This document shows, one piece after another, positions 9,964 to 20,477 of a DNA stretch of 64,000 bases (position 1 is the stretch's first letter; each line of letters begins with the position of its first letter). The position numbers were made by a program, and so were the translations under genes. The DNA is taken from contig CM060734.1 in the NCBI GenBank assembly GCA_030704615.1, forward strand, positions 25,420,001 through 25,484,000, given 5' to 3'. The stretch is from Takakia lepidozioides. Its lineage: Eukaryota > Plantae > Bryophyta. The notes below the pieces were generated by a model that saw nothing but the letters and a program-made list of their open reading frames with translations, was not told the origin of the DNA and made no database searches.

Positions 9964-11270
9964 TTAATGAAAGCCCGAGATAGCAACATAGTATGGGCGA
10001 ATGTCAGCTTTAGTCACCAGTCCGCTGCAAGCATAAGGATCCTTTTCAATAAATCTGTGCACCTCTGCACTGTTGGAAAACCACTGGCATATGGTCGGGC
10101 TAGGGATTGGACCTAGGACCTCCCCCATTCCGGTGGGGTGTTCTACCACTGAGCTACCCGTCCCTTTCTGTTCTCAGAGTGCCGTGCAAGGGCTATAGCC
10201 TTGACACCTCCAACATGCACCAAAGAAGCCAGTCCATATGAGATTAGTCAAATTTGCGAACAGATAGTTGCCAAAACTTGCATTTACTGCAAAGGATGTC
10301 ATTTTTGTCACTGCACTTATCACAAAGTTCATGCTCACAGATACAATCCTTGTGTTATATGATTTGCAGTGAAGAATTTGGCATGGCATTGAGCAATTGT
10401 CATCCCTCCAGCCTCTCCTCTCTCTATATGCCCTCTTTCCAAGCCTTAAAAAGCTGGAACTGGAGTGAGTTTCTTTAGAGTACTGATGTGGACCACCTCA
10501 ATTAGAAAGCTTGGTCCAACTAATGGAGAGAGAGTTCACTCCCATGCTCTCTTTCTTTCCCACCAAAAACGTGTTCTTTCACTCTCCTGTTATGCTCCTT
10601 CCAAATGGGGCTCAGAGTTTAAGGCCAAAAGGCTGCACCAAGTCGTATGGCAAATGTAATACATTTTTGCTTGGCATCAACAGTTGCCGACCAACTCATG
10701 GTTGGGGAGTTTGCACCTTCAATAGACGGGACATGGAAGATCAGCAAGGCACCATCGATAGGAGAGCCCCATGCCCCTCCTAGCAACAGCTTACCCTCCT
10801 CTACAAGCTGATTTGCGAGTGCCAAATGCTCTGCTCTGTACTGCTCCCGCCTTACCGGCACGTACTCTAGTCCAGGGCCACAAAGCATGCACAATGCAAA
10901 TCCATCATATCGAAAAAACTACCTCGATCCACCCCACCCTCCCCCCCCGCCTCCTTTTCTCTTTTCTGCCCTCCCCCTTGTCTTTGCCTAGCCTCTCTGT
11001 CATCTCCCTTCTCTTGCGAGAACTTGGCTGCGTCAATAGTTTCCTTCTTTCTTCTTTCTTTTTTTTACTTGAGGTTCTTCTTCAGTTCCTGTGGTTCTAC
11101 TACTTGAATCCCTTCCCAGGAAATAACAAATTTCTTTCCTTCACTCTCAATTACACACACCGTTTGCACGTAGGAAAGAACAAAAGCTGCACCCACCATA
11201 AATCAATACAAAATACTGTCGGGTGCCTTCATTCTTGTTTCCTCCTGCTGCAGCATTGCTGGATCCGTCC
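9964..11270 (-). CDS. YciI/YCII-related protein; exons ~11270-11197, 10866-10717 and 10064-9964 (start codon not resolved)
   Basis: The spliced product reads ..RQYFVLIY|EYVPVRREQYRAEHLALANQLVEEGKLLLGGAWGSPIDGALLIFHVPSIE|EVHRFIEKDPYACSGLVTKADIRPYYVAISGFH*. It has the R..H, G and DPY signature, and the GT-AG sites are phase-compatible. Confidence 0.82.
10092..10163 (-). other. tRNA-like element (tRNA pseudogene or SINE head)
   Basis: The minus strand ggacgggtagctcagtggtagaacaccccaccggaatgggggaggtcctaggtccaatccctagcccgacca folds as a 72-nt cloverleaf with an A box. T-loop (TCCAATC) and anticodon loop (CCGGAAT) are non-canonical. Confidence 0.75.
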
Positions 11271-11902
11271 ACTGCAAACCCCAGTAGCAAGTCTGTACTT
11301 GCCACGGATGGCAACAGGGTAAGATCCCAATTTGTTCGAATGGGTGCAGCAGTCGCTTAGAAAACCATACACAGATTGCCTGTATGATTGGCCTTCAAGC
11401 AGCTACCCGTGACACACACACAACGCGTGATAGGCAGGGAAAACTTTAGTCATCACCCATCTCCTATCTTATAAGAAAAGAGAGTCGAACAATAAACTGC
11501 ATCCTGAGACTGCTTGCCAGAGCTTTTGTAGTCTGGACGGAGCAGAAAGATAACACCAAATCACACCGTGAATGAAGAGACTTAACATCAAGACGAAGAA
11601 ATAAATCGACACAAATGATAGGACATGCAGCAGCTGAAACGTCGCGATTCTGTTTCTCAATCGAGACCGTGGGAGCCAAGAATATGAAGCACACCTCTGG
11701 CCTCGTACGCTTGTGTGGAACTCCGGGATGTGAAAGGAACACGGTTGTGGGTATAGAGCAGGAAACCGATCCAAAACGTACGCGAAGTGTGAAATGGACA
11801 GAGCTGGCATAGATCCTGCTCATCACCTGGTCACTATCACCATCCTTCGCCAATATTCTGTGCGCAACTACTCTCTCTTCTCTCCCTCTCTCTGGAGTGA
11901 AC

Positions 11903-12620
11903 CAGTGTTGTACTGGTATGTCCATTTTGACATACCAGACTGGTACTGGGAGGTCCAACTTGGCTCTTGGGTCCAACTGGTAGGGCCCGGGGTAGATTAG
12001 GACTGGCCAGGGTAGGTTATAGGATGGTTATGGGTATTTCCAATTTTGAAATACACTGGTCCCAGGCATGGGTATGGCAAAAACTCAAATGACAATTGGG
12101 GGGAGCATGTGCAATGGTATGGTATACCCTCACAGTCATCATACTGTATTCAAAACTGAAATTAAAACAGATTGAGGGCAACATACAAAAGGTAAGAAAA
12201 AATTGCAATCACACATGCCCATGCAAACTAATTTGTATTGCTCATAAATTAGTGAAAGTCTTTGTATTGTAAGGCTGGATTGTAACAAATGGGAGAAAAG
12301 CTCGATGCCATGATAAAAACTGAAAAAATCTTGCATATTTACGTTGTATGCTGATCAATGTACGCCACACCTTCTACCCCTAGTGTATCATTACACATAC
12401 CCATGCTAGCTTGGGTTCATCAATCTTCAATAAGGGTCTCAAGTGGAGTATGAAAGTAGTTCATACTTAGACTGGTATGGTAGGTAGGGGTGTAGGTCCA
12501 TGTTCAAAACCCAGGTCCATGGTATAGCCGGGGTATATGCCCCAAGACATACCCAACTGGTATGTTCTACAATACCCTTACTCATACCAGTGCCTACTGG
12601 CACATACCAGTACAACACTG
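11903..12620. mobile_element. Non-autonomous hAT element (MITE-like), 718 bp
   Basis: TIR cagtgttgtactggtatgt / acataccagtacaacactg; perfect 8-bp TSD gagtgaac at 11895-11902 and 12621-12628. Confidence 0.93.
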
Positions 12621-13961
12621 GAGTGAACCTTCGGACCACAGGAGGACATGATGAATGACATTTCGCATGACATGATCCTGCTTCACATGCTACAGATCTC
12701 AACTTCTGGCGCCAGTGGATTCGAACTCCAGGACGCACTTGTGGGCAGCAAATTAAATAAGGGCAAGAAACGGTTTATAACGGAGCTGCACAGTTCCGCT
12801 ACTTAACCGCCACTGTCCCCCTTCACGCGCATTGTCCGGGAATACTGCATGTTTCACTGGAAATTTGACGGGCCATGGGCTCTTGGGTCTTCGATCTTGT
12901 ACATGAGGAGACTATACACTGTCAATCAAACCGCAGCCAACAAGGTAAGCGAGAATGGGCTTTATAACATATGAACATGGATCCTCGAGATTAGTCTTTG
13001 AGGTCCATTCAGTGTACAACCACTGGTGGAGACCTGGATTTGGGTATCAAGCCTGTTCTCTGGGCTCTCGTCCCCAGGACTTCAAATCACAATGGGAGAG
13101 AACATGAAAAGATTGGTTGACAAAATCTTGGGTTTCGTAAACACTCCTCTGCTACCCTCTTGGTGGTGTCTGTCGCAGGTAAGATCTAGGTTTTTATGTG
13201 GACTTTTTCCTTGGGTCAGCCATTTGTCCCCAAGGTTTCTGAAGATCACTTGAACCTCAAGTAAAAACATAAAAAAGTATCTGTTCTTACTTCAGTTCAG
13301 TTCACTTTATTAGCCTGGAGACTGCAGCAACTGGCTCTGTCTCGGAGAAAGGGCATTCGGAGGAGGTATTTGTCTGCAAGGAGTTGCCGGTGGAAGTTGG
13401 GGGAAGGACAGTGAGGACGTCGGTGGGGAAGTTAGGGACTGATGTTGCTTCTTTTATGCACTTTATTATGTAGGAGAGAGGTCTTGTGGGCTGGATTTGG
13501 TGCTGCACTCAGATTGCGAGCTGTAATTGGGGAAAGAATCGAAGCTGTGCATCTGTTACAGCTTCAAGTTATATTCATCTTTGGAGAATGGGACGAGATC
13601 CGAGATTCTCTGTGAAGATTGTCACCAAGAGTTCAAAGGCGTCACTTGTGAGCTTCCCGCATGATTGCCCCGGTTGTTTTTCGGTGTCCAACCTAAGAAA
13701 CCGAATAGGAAGTCATTAATTCAGAAGCAGATAATTTGCAAAAACAGGACATCTCAAGGAGCTTACAGAATCTTTGGCATGATGAAGTGCAATTGTTCTT
13801 TCAGATTATTGGCATTAACATGGAATCTGGAAGAGCAATTGGATTGATAGTCCGAGTAAGTGATTAATGGCGTCCGTACTTATTGTGGTCAAATGGATGT
13901 CCATTTGTGGATTTGACTGAAAGATTAACTGGAGATGGATTTAGTTGATGCCCATCATTTG

Positions 13962-14489
13962 TACAACAACCCTGGGTTCTTTCAACTGTGACAGGAATCA
14001 CTCGTGAGCAATCCTTTTACAGTTCAGGTCTTGATGGAACCATAATCACAAGATCTACAATGTCTTTTTGTAAAAAAGGTGAATTATAGTCCCTGTCCTA
14101 CAAAAGCCAGTGACTATTTCTAGATTAACCAACTCTAATATGCACAGCACCGGTTATCACATCCGGTCCACCCAGCCACCACGCCGTGCCTATCTCTTGC
14201 ATCAGTTCTATCGGATCCTAGTGTCCTCTAGGCCACCATCCTCAATCCTCTTCTCCTCTCCTCGTGTCTGCCAGAACCGCCGCTCTTTCTTCGTGTACAG
14301 GTGACCTTCACCACCTGTTGACCTCCTTCACCTGTTGACCTCCTTGGCAGGTGATCGGTACTCAAAGCTGGCAGTTGTCTCTCCAATCACGTGACACTGC
14401 TCCAGCTTTCCCCCACCTATCATTCACACCACCCCATGGCCATTTCCACCCAGAAGTCATTCAGACTTGTTGCCTAGAGGGCCATAACA
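13962..14489 (-). repeat. 3' LTR
   Basis: Direct repeat of 18487-19001 with roughly 15-20 substitutions by eye plus a 17-bp duplication (cacctgttgacctcctt). Confidence 0.95.
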
Positions 14490-15685
14490 AACTCCCCCAC
14501 TAAAGATTCATCATTGTCCGCAATGATATTGAAATGGGGAAAATCCAATTGCAGGTCACTCTTTTTTTCCCAAGTAGCTTCAGATTCTGGATAGTGATAC
14601 CACTTGACAAGATGTTCACGATATGAACGATTTCGAAGGTGTTTCATTCTTGTCTCCAGAATAGATTCAGGTTCAGCCAATAACTGACCTTCATTCATAA
14701 CTTTGGGTAGTTCAGGTAGAATATGACTGGGGTTTGCCACATATTTCCTTAGGAGGCTGACATGAAAGACGTCATGGATTTTCCAAGTAGCTGGCAAATC
14801 TAGCTGGTATGCCACAGATCCATAACACTTTAAGATCACAAAAGGTCCACAGAATTTTGGGGACAGCTTAGGACACTTGCCCAATTTCAACTGGCTTCTT
14901 TTGGGAGCAACTTTCAAGAAGACCTTGTTGCCTACCTCAAATTCACGGAAGCTTCTATGCTTGTCAGCATAGAACTTGGCTCTTTCTTGAGCACTTCTCA
15001 TGCTTCTCTTTACCAAATCCAACACCGAGTGCATTTCACGGACCATGTCATTGACAGACTGGACCTTAGACAATGGCGTAAAAAGAGAAGCTGGGGTCAA
15101 ACAGTCGCGTCCATAGAGTGCTTGAAACGGGCTCATCCCGATGGCACTATGGAAATTCTCGTTATAGGCAAACTCTATCAAATACAAGTACTGCTCCCAG
15201 GAAGTCTGTCTCTGACCAACATACATTCTCAGCATATCCTCAATGGTTCGGTTGGTCCGTTCTGTTTGGGCATCTGTTTCAGGATGATATGCAGTACTAA
15301 GTCGTAACTTGGTTCCCAAAAGCTTAAACAAAGCAGTCCAAAAATGACTTGTGAACTTCGTGTCCCTATCACAAGTGATCTCACAAGGTATCCCGTGGTT
15401 CCGAAAGATTTCTTTCATGAACAGCAAAGCCACCTGAGGGGCAATGACTGTCATTTTTGTGGGAATCAAGTGTGTTGTCTTAGACAGTCTATCAGCAACC
15501 ACCATGATGCTATTATGTCCATTTCTTGTCCGTGGCAGTGCCACTATAAAATCCATACTTATCGATTCCCAGTTTCCATTGGGAACACTTACTGGTTGTA
15601 ATAATCCAGGATGACATATCCTTTCTGATTTTGAGACTTGACATGGAAAGTATCTATCCACATACTCTATAATCTGTCTCTTCAT
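14474..15685 (-). CDS. Integrase with GPF motif and C-terminal chromodomain
   Basis: WESISMDFI, ITCDRD, AYHPETDAQTERTNRTIEDMLR, KLSPKFCGPF and EPESILETR..HLVKW..EATWE. Confidence 0.93.
   Translation of the reverse strand: MKRQIIEYVDRYFPCQVSKSERICHPGLLQPVSVPNGNWESISMDFIVALPRTRNGHNSIMVVADRLSKTTHLIPTKMTVIAPQVALLFMKEIFRNHGIPCEITCDRDTKFTSHFWTALFKLLGTKLRLSTAYHPETDAQTERTNRTIEDMLRMYVGQRQTSWEQYLYLIEFAYNENFHSAIGMSPFQALYGRDCLTPASLFTPLSKVQSVNDMVREMHSVLDLVKRSMRSAQERAKFYADKHRSFREFEVGNKVFLKVAPKRSQLKLGKCPKLSPKFCGPFVILKCYGSVAYQLDLPATWKIHDVFHVSLLRKYVANPSHILPELPKVMNEGQLLAEPESILETRMKHLRNRSYREHLVKWYHYPESEATWEKKSDLQLDFPHFNIIADNDESLVGEFVMAL
14490..14503 (-). other. Polypurine tract
   Basis: Minus-strand ttagtgggggagtt abuts the 3' LTR. 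Confidence 0.85.
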
Positions 15686-16797
15686 TCCTGGCCAGAAAAA
15701 TTTTTTGTAACGGCCACATAGGTTCTCTGAAAGCCCGGATGTCCAGCTATGGGAATATTATGACAGTCATAAATGATACGCAGTCGCAAATATTGTAAAG
15801 AGGAAATGCACATACGCATGTGATAATATAATATCCCATCACGCAACAAGTATGGACGGTACTTGTCAATCTCATCAGAGGTCCGACGGTCATGCAAGAG
15901 ACTTTCATATGGTGCTTTGAAAAACACATCATCAACATAATGATTCTTCACATCATCAATCATAAAGCTTTTCACAAGCGACACAACATTGACCATTGGC
16001 TTTCTAGAGAGTGCATCTGCCAGTACATTCTTTTTTCCCTTCACATACCGCAGATCATAATGAAACTGCTGAAGGAATTCAACCCATCGAATCTGACGAC
16101 GACTCAAATTGGGTTGTGTACTGAGAGATTTTAAACTCTCATGATCCGTTTCAATTGTAAAGTCCACAGGAAGCAAGTAGCGCCTCCATATCTTCAGTGC
16201 GTGAATCATAGCCAAAAGTTCTTTTTCATGAACAGGATAATTATGTTCAGTTGGACTGAGTTTTCTGGACGCATAGGTAATAACCTGACCACTTTGCATC
16301 AATACTGCTCCAATAGCGAGGTCACTCGCATCAGTGCAAAGCACTATCTCATTCCTGGTAGGATCAATTAGCTTCAAGACTGGAGCATGAGTCAATGCAA
16401 ACTTTAGCTTGTCAAAGCTAACATCACAATCTAGAGTCCAAGCTTCATTCCAATCTTATAAATTACCATGAGTTATCAAGTTACCGGGAATTACCAATTA
16501 CTGAAAGTAACTCAGGAAACTGCTCATGAAGTTCTTTAGTAGATCAGTCATCGGGGCTGCAATGCGAGAGAATGATTTGACACGCAGAAAGCTAGCAAAC
16601 CCAACAAAGCTTCTGACTTCTATTTTATCTTTGGGTTTGGGCCATTCGGCCACAACCTGAATCTTCTTTGAATCAATGGATACTCCATCCTTTGATATAT
16701 GAAATCCCAAATAGTCTATATGATCTACAAAGAACTCACATTTACTCTTCTTTGCAAACAGATGATTATGCCTTAAGATATCCAAGACCATTCTCAA
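15682..16797 (-). pseudogene. RT C-terminal part, RNase H and start of the integrase zinc finger
   Basis: KSKCEFFVDHIDYLGFHIS, LCTDASDLAIGAVL, EKELLA, TDHESL, NVLADALSR and H..PIAGHPG. Confidence 0.9.
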
Positions 16798-16799
16798 CA

Positions 16800-18433
16800 G
16801 CAGACATCAGAGAAACATTGGGGAGGGCTCGAGTACCTTTTAATTCAAAGGTTTTGCCAGAGGGTAAGGTACCGCTCACCAACCCATGCTTGCAAGCCAC
16901 CACCGCATCCACAATGTCAAGCCATTGCATCCCCAGAATGCAGTCGTAGCAAGCGCCGTTCCAGACTTCAAAATTTGCCTTCGTGTGCACCCCTTGCATG
17001 ACAACTGGCATAGTTGAAAGATGTTGTTGTGTGGTCTCCACCCCACCATTTGGTAGCATAATCTGAGATGGCTGCACCTCCTCTTGAGATAATCCCAACT
17101 TGTCTGCAAAGGACTTTGATAGCATGTTGTGGGTGCTGCTAGTGTCAATCAACAACATTGTTGGTTTCCCCGCCACCTGTCCCTGAACTCGAATAACATT
17201 GTGGTTGTAGGCCACTCCACCATCGACAACTGCAGCTGACACCCTCATATTGGGACCCTTTCCAGTGGCCGATCCTAAACAATTTCCGAGGTCTGTGATG
17301 GTTACGGGCTCCACCGGTTCTTCCACTACCAAGGCTGCAGTCTGTCGGAATTGTCGTTCAGGACAATCTGCTGACCGATGGCCGGGCTTATGACAATTGA
17401 AACAGAGCCCCTTCCTAAAATGTTCTTCCTGTTCCCTGGGACTTAGGCGCGGTGGATTTCCAACAATTGGTTTCTGTCGTCCCTAATTGTCGTTGTTCTT
17501 ATAGGGTTTGAACCTCTTCCAATTTCCCTTCCTTACTGGGGTGATCTTAGGAGAAAATGTCATCTTCTTCTTATTTTCCCCTGCACGAGCCGAGTATGCC
17601 ACTCGCTGTGCCTTGATTTCACATTCAAAATTGCAAGCCAATCTATAGGCTTCAACCTCAGTGCGGGGATTGTGGGCTTGACCTTATATTTCAAAGAGTC
17701 ATTTAGGCCATCCACAAAAAAAATCCACCCTGTTATCTTCACTGAGAGTTGGAAAATAGCTGGCATGCATTTCGAATTTGGTCTTGAACTTAACCACATT
17801 GGAACTTTCCTGTTTCAGGGTGAGGAGTTCATCCTTCATCTTATGAGCATAATCTCCAGGGAGATAGTGGGCAAGAAACACTGATCGAAACTTCTCCCAA
17901 GTATCAATTGGGGGTTTGCTATGTTCACGGTGTTCTTTTTTCTGACGAGACCACCACAATTTTGCTGCATCCCGAAGTTGTCGTTCTAATTTTTGCTTCT
18001 TCAGGGTAATCCTCTTCAAAGAATTCCTCGAGTGTTTCTAGGAACGACAAAATCTCTTTTGGCTTGACAGAAGTCTTACCCACAAATTCCGGCAGCTTCA
18101 CCATTCGTTTGATCTTGCGAGTTACATCTTTGTTTCTCTTAGCTGTGAACTCCAAGGAGCTAGCGTCGGATTGTGATTCGGCCTGGCTTCGCAATTCGTC
18201 ATGTGAAGTCCCTATGATTCTTTTCGCACCTCTCTCTTTGCAGATTGAAGTTTCTGGACTTCAGATCGAATGAGTGCACCTAGGGCTTCCATCTGTGCAT
18301 TAGAGAAAAGCTGACCCTGGCGATCTTCCTTACGCCGAGAGCTACGAGCATCTGAAGGTTCCATCTCTTCTGAGTTACCGTACGAGCTACGCCGCACGTT
18401 ACTCTCCGATCCTGGCAACGAGAGCTTGCTCAT
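16800..18433 (-). pseudogene. Gag (frameshifted), zinc knuckle and aspartic protease
   Basis: AAKLWW, TWEKFRSVFLAHY, LLTLKQ, CFNCHKPGHRSADC (~17365-17405), LIDTSSTHN and YDCILGMQWL. Confidence 0.88.
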
Positions 18434-18472
18434 AAATCCAAACGTTCCTTTTTATGCCCTTATCGTACACAG

Positions 18473-18484
18473 GCTCTGATACCA
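18473..18484 (-). other. Primer binding site (initiator tRNA-Met)
   Basis: Minus-strand tggtatcagagc, 2 nt inside the 5' LTR boundary. Confidence 0.93.
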
Positions 18485-18486
18485 CT

Positions 18487-19001
18487 TACAACTACCCTGG
18501 GTTCTTTCAACTGTGACAGGAATCACTCGTGAGCAATCCTTTTACAGTTCAGGTCTTGATGGAACCATAATCACAAGATCTACACTGTTTTTTTGTAAAA
18601 AAGGTTAATTATAGTCCATGTCCTACAAAAGCCAGTGACTATTTCTAGATTAACCAACTCTAATATGCGGAGCACCGGTTATCACATCCGGTCCACCTAG
18701 CCACCACGCCATGCTTATCTCATGCATCAGTTCTATCAGATCCTAGTGTCCTCCAGGCCACCATCCTCAATCCTCTTCTCCTCTCCTCGTGTCTGCCATA
18801 ACCGCCGCTCTTTCTTCGTGTACAGGTGACCTTCACCACCTGTTGACCTCCTTGGCAGGTGATCGGTACTCAAAGCTGGCAGTTGTCTCTCCAAACCTTC
18901 ACGTGACACTGCTCCAGCTTTCCCCTACCTGTCATTCACACCACCCCATGGCCTTTTCCACCCAGAAGTCATTCAGACTTGTTGCCTAGAGGGCCATAAC
19001 A
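18487..19001 (-). repeat. 5' LTR
   Basis: Direct repeat of 13962-14489. Confidence 0.95.
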
Positions 19002-20356
19002 ATTTGACTCCAATGAGCTGCATGCCAAAGGATTTGTTCGCTAATTTGAATCAAACTTGTGAGAGTCATCCTGTAGAACTGATCTATTGGGGAGATTGCT
19101 TGAAATGACAGAGGGGAATGTGAAGAAAAAAGTGGATACATCCAAATTTTGAAGGCTAAAATTTCTGAAGTCAAATTTTTGCAGTGAAACCCAATGTTAG
19201 ATTCTTCCAGCCTGTTTGATGGTGGTGTATGATGCATAATCATATCTGGAAGGGAAGTAAGATATACTCACTAAATGGGGAGCTGATCAGATCTCAACTG
19301 GGGATTCAGTCACATTCGGCAGTCGAACAAGGGGCTCTTGACCAGCTTCAAGTTTAGTGTCACCAAGGGAAAGACTTCTGAATTTCATCCAAACATCTGA
19401 TTTTTTGTTAGATCAATGCTGGCATGGCAATGTCTTTGCATTAATCAAGCTCTTCTAAGATTCTGCCTAAGCTGATCAATCTGTAGGGCAATGAGTGCAG
19501 GATATGGCAGCTGAGGAGGGAGTGTTTGGCTTCTAGGTGGGGCAGCACGTTCACTCCCTGAATGCTGAAAAGGGTCCCCAGTCTGGCACTGTTACTTTTG
19601 CAGGACCAGTGGATGGTTATCAGGGCGTCTGGATAGGGGTTGACTGGGACAATGGGCAAGGCCGTCACAATGGAACTGTAAATGGAATTCACTACTTTGA
19701 CACAAGTGGGGAGCAGTCAGGGTCATTTGAGCGATCCCATACTCTTAGTGTTGGGGTCTCCTTACTCGCTGCTCTCTCTTCCCGCTACAAGGCAAACCCA
19801 GATGAGTCAAGACAGGGTATATATTCCACTATCTCTGCTGTGTGTAGATAGACAATATGAGACGGAAAAAGTTGTCGAGGAGGCAACAAGCTCGGAGAAA
19901 TTTGAGTGACAGGACAGAGGAAGCCAGGAGGATGCAGAAAGAAGAAAAGGGAAAAATAAAAGTTTATAATGTCCAAAGGAGGCCCATAGGAGAACTATAT
20001 GATAGAGCCCACATGTACCTCAAAGGGAAAGTACCCCCTGCAAGAGGACCAGGCTTGATATTATTTAGGCCAACTTCACAGTCAGGGTCATCTTTTCTGT
20101 GTGTGTACATGGCATAATATGGCTGAGATTTAATGCTACTCAAGAGCTAAGTGATGATTCAGTTCTCTTTACATCTATTCCAGGTGTACAGAGCATCTGA
20201 CTATGTTTTTGGCCGAGCTGCTATCTAGATGGACAACTTCATTTCAGATTGTTGCTTGTTAGCATACATTGATATTTGTCTTTATGCTGCAAATGGCGCT
20301 GCTCCTAGATAGGTTGATTTATGATGCATTTGTCGTTTGGATTTTGCATTTTTCAG

Positions 20357-20477
20357 GTCCACCATATTATGCTAATCACTGCCTACAAGGATCAGCTGCA
20401 GCAACATCTTAACAGGGCTGTGAGTGAAGCTATGATGTTCTGCTAGAACACAGAGCAGGAACTCTACAAACTGACAG
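20357..20477 (+). pseudogene. Isolated exon of a class II KNOX gene (KNOX2 domain)
   Basis: ttttcag|VHHIMLITAYKDQLQQHLNRAVSEAMMFC*NTEQELYKLT G|gtaagg resembles the KNAT3-type [41 protein letters not shown]. The conserved W is replaced by TAG. Confidence 0.75.

Larger units (their letters stand above)
13962..19001 (-). mobile_element. Ty3/gypsy chromovirus LTR retrotransposon, both LTRs present, RT core deleted
   Basis: LTRs at 13962-14489 and 18487-19001; 5-bp TSD atttg (13957-13961, 19002-19006); PBS; PPT; gag-PR-(RT)-RH-INT-chromodomain order. Confidence 0.95.

Noticed and set aside
10092-10163. Functional tRNA-Ser(GGA)
   Set aside because: No long variable arm, C33, degenerate T-loop and an acceptor-stem mismatch.
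12706-12740. tRNA 3'-half-like ggagttcgaatccactggcgcca on the minus strand
   Set aside because: Only a B-box-like piece; no 5' half or cloverleaf could be built.
13960-13961. Canonical TG start for the left LTR at 13960
   Set aside because: That boundary gives no TSD and the other LTR lacks the G; 13962 gives a perfect atttg TSD.
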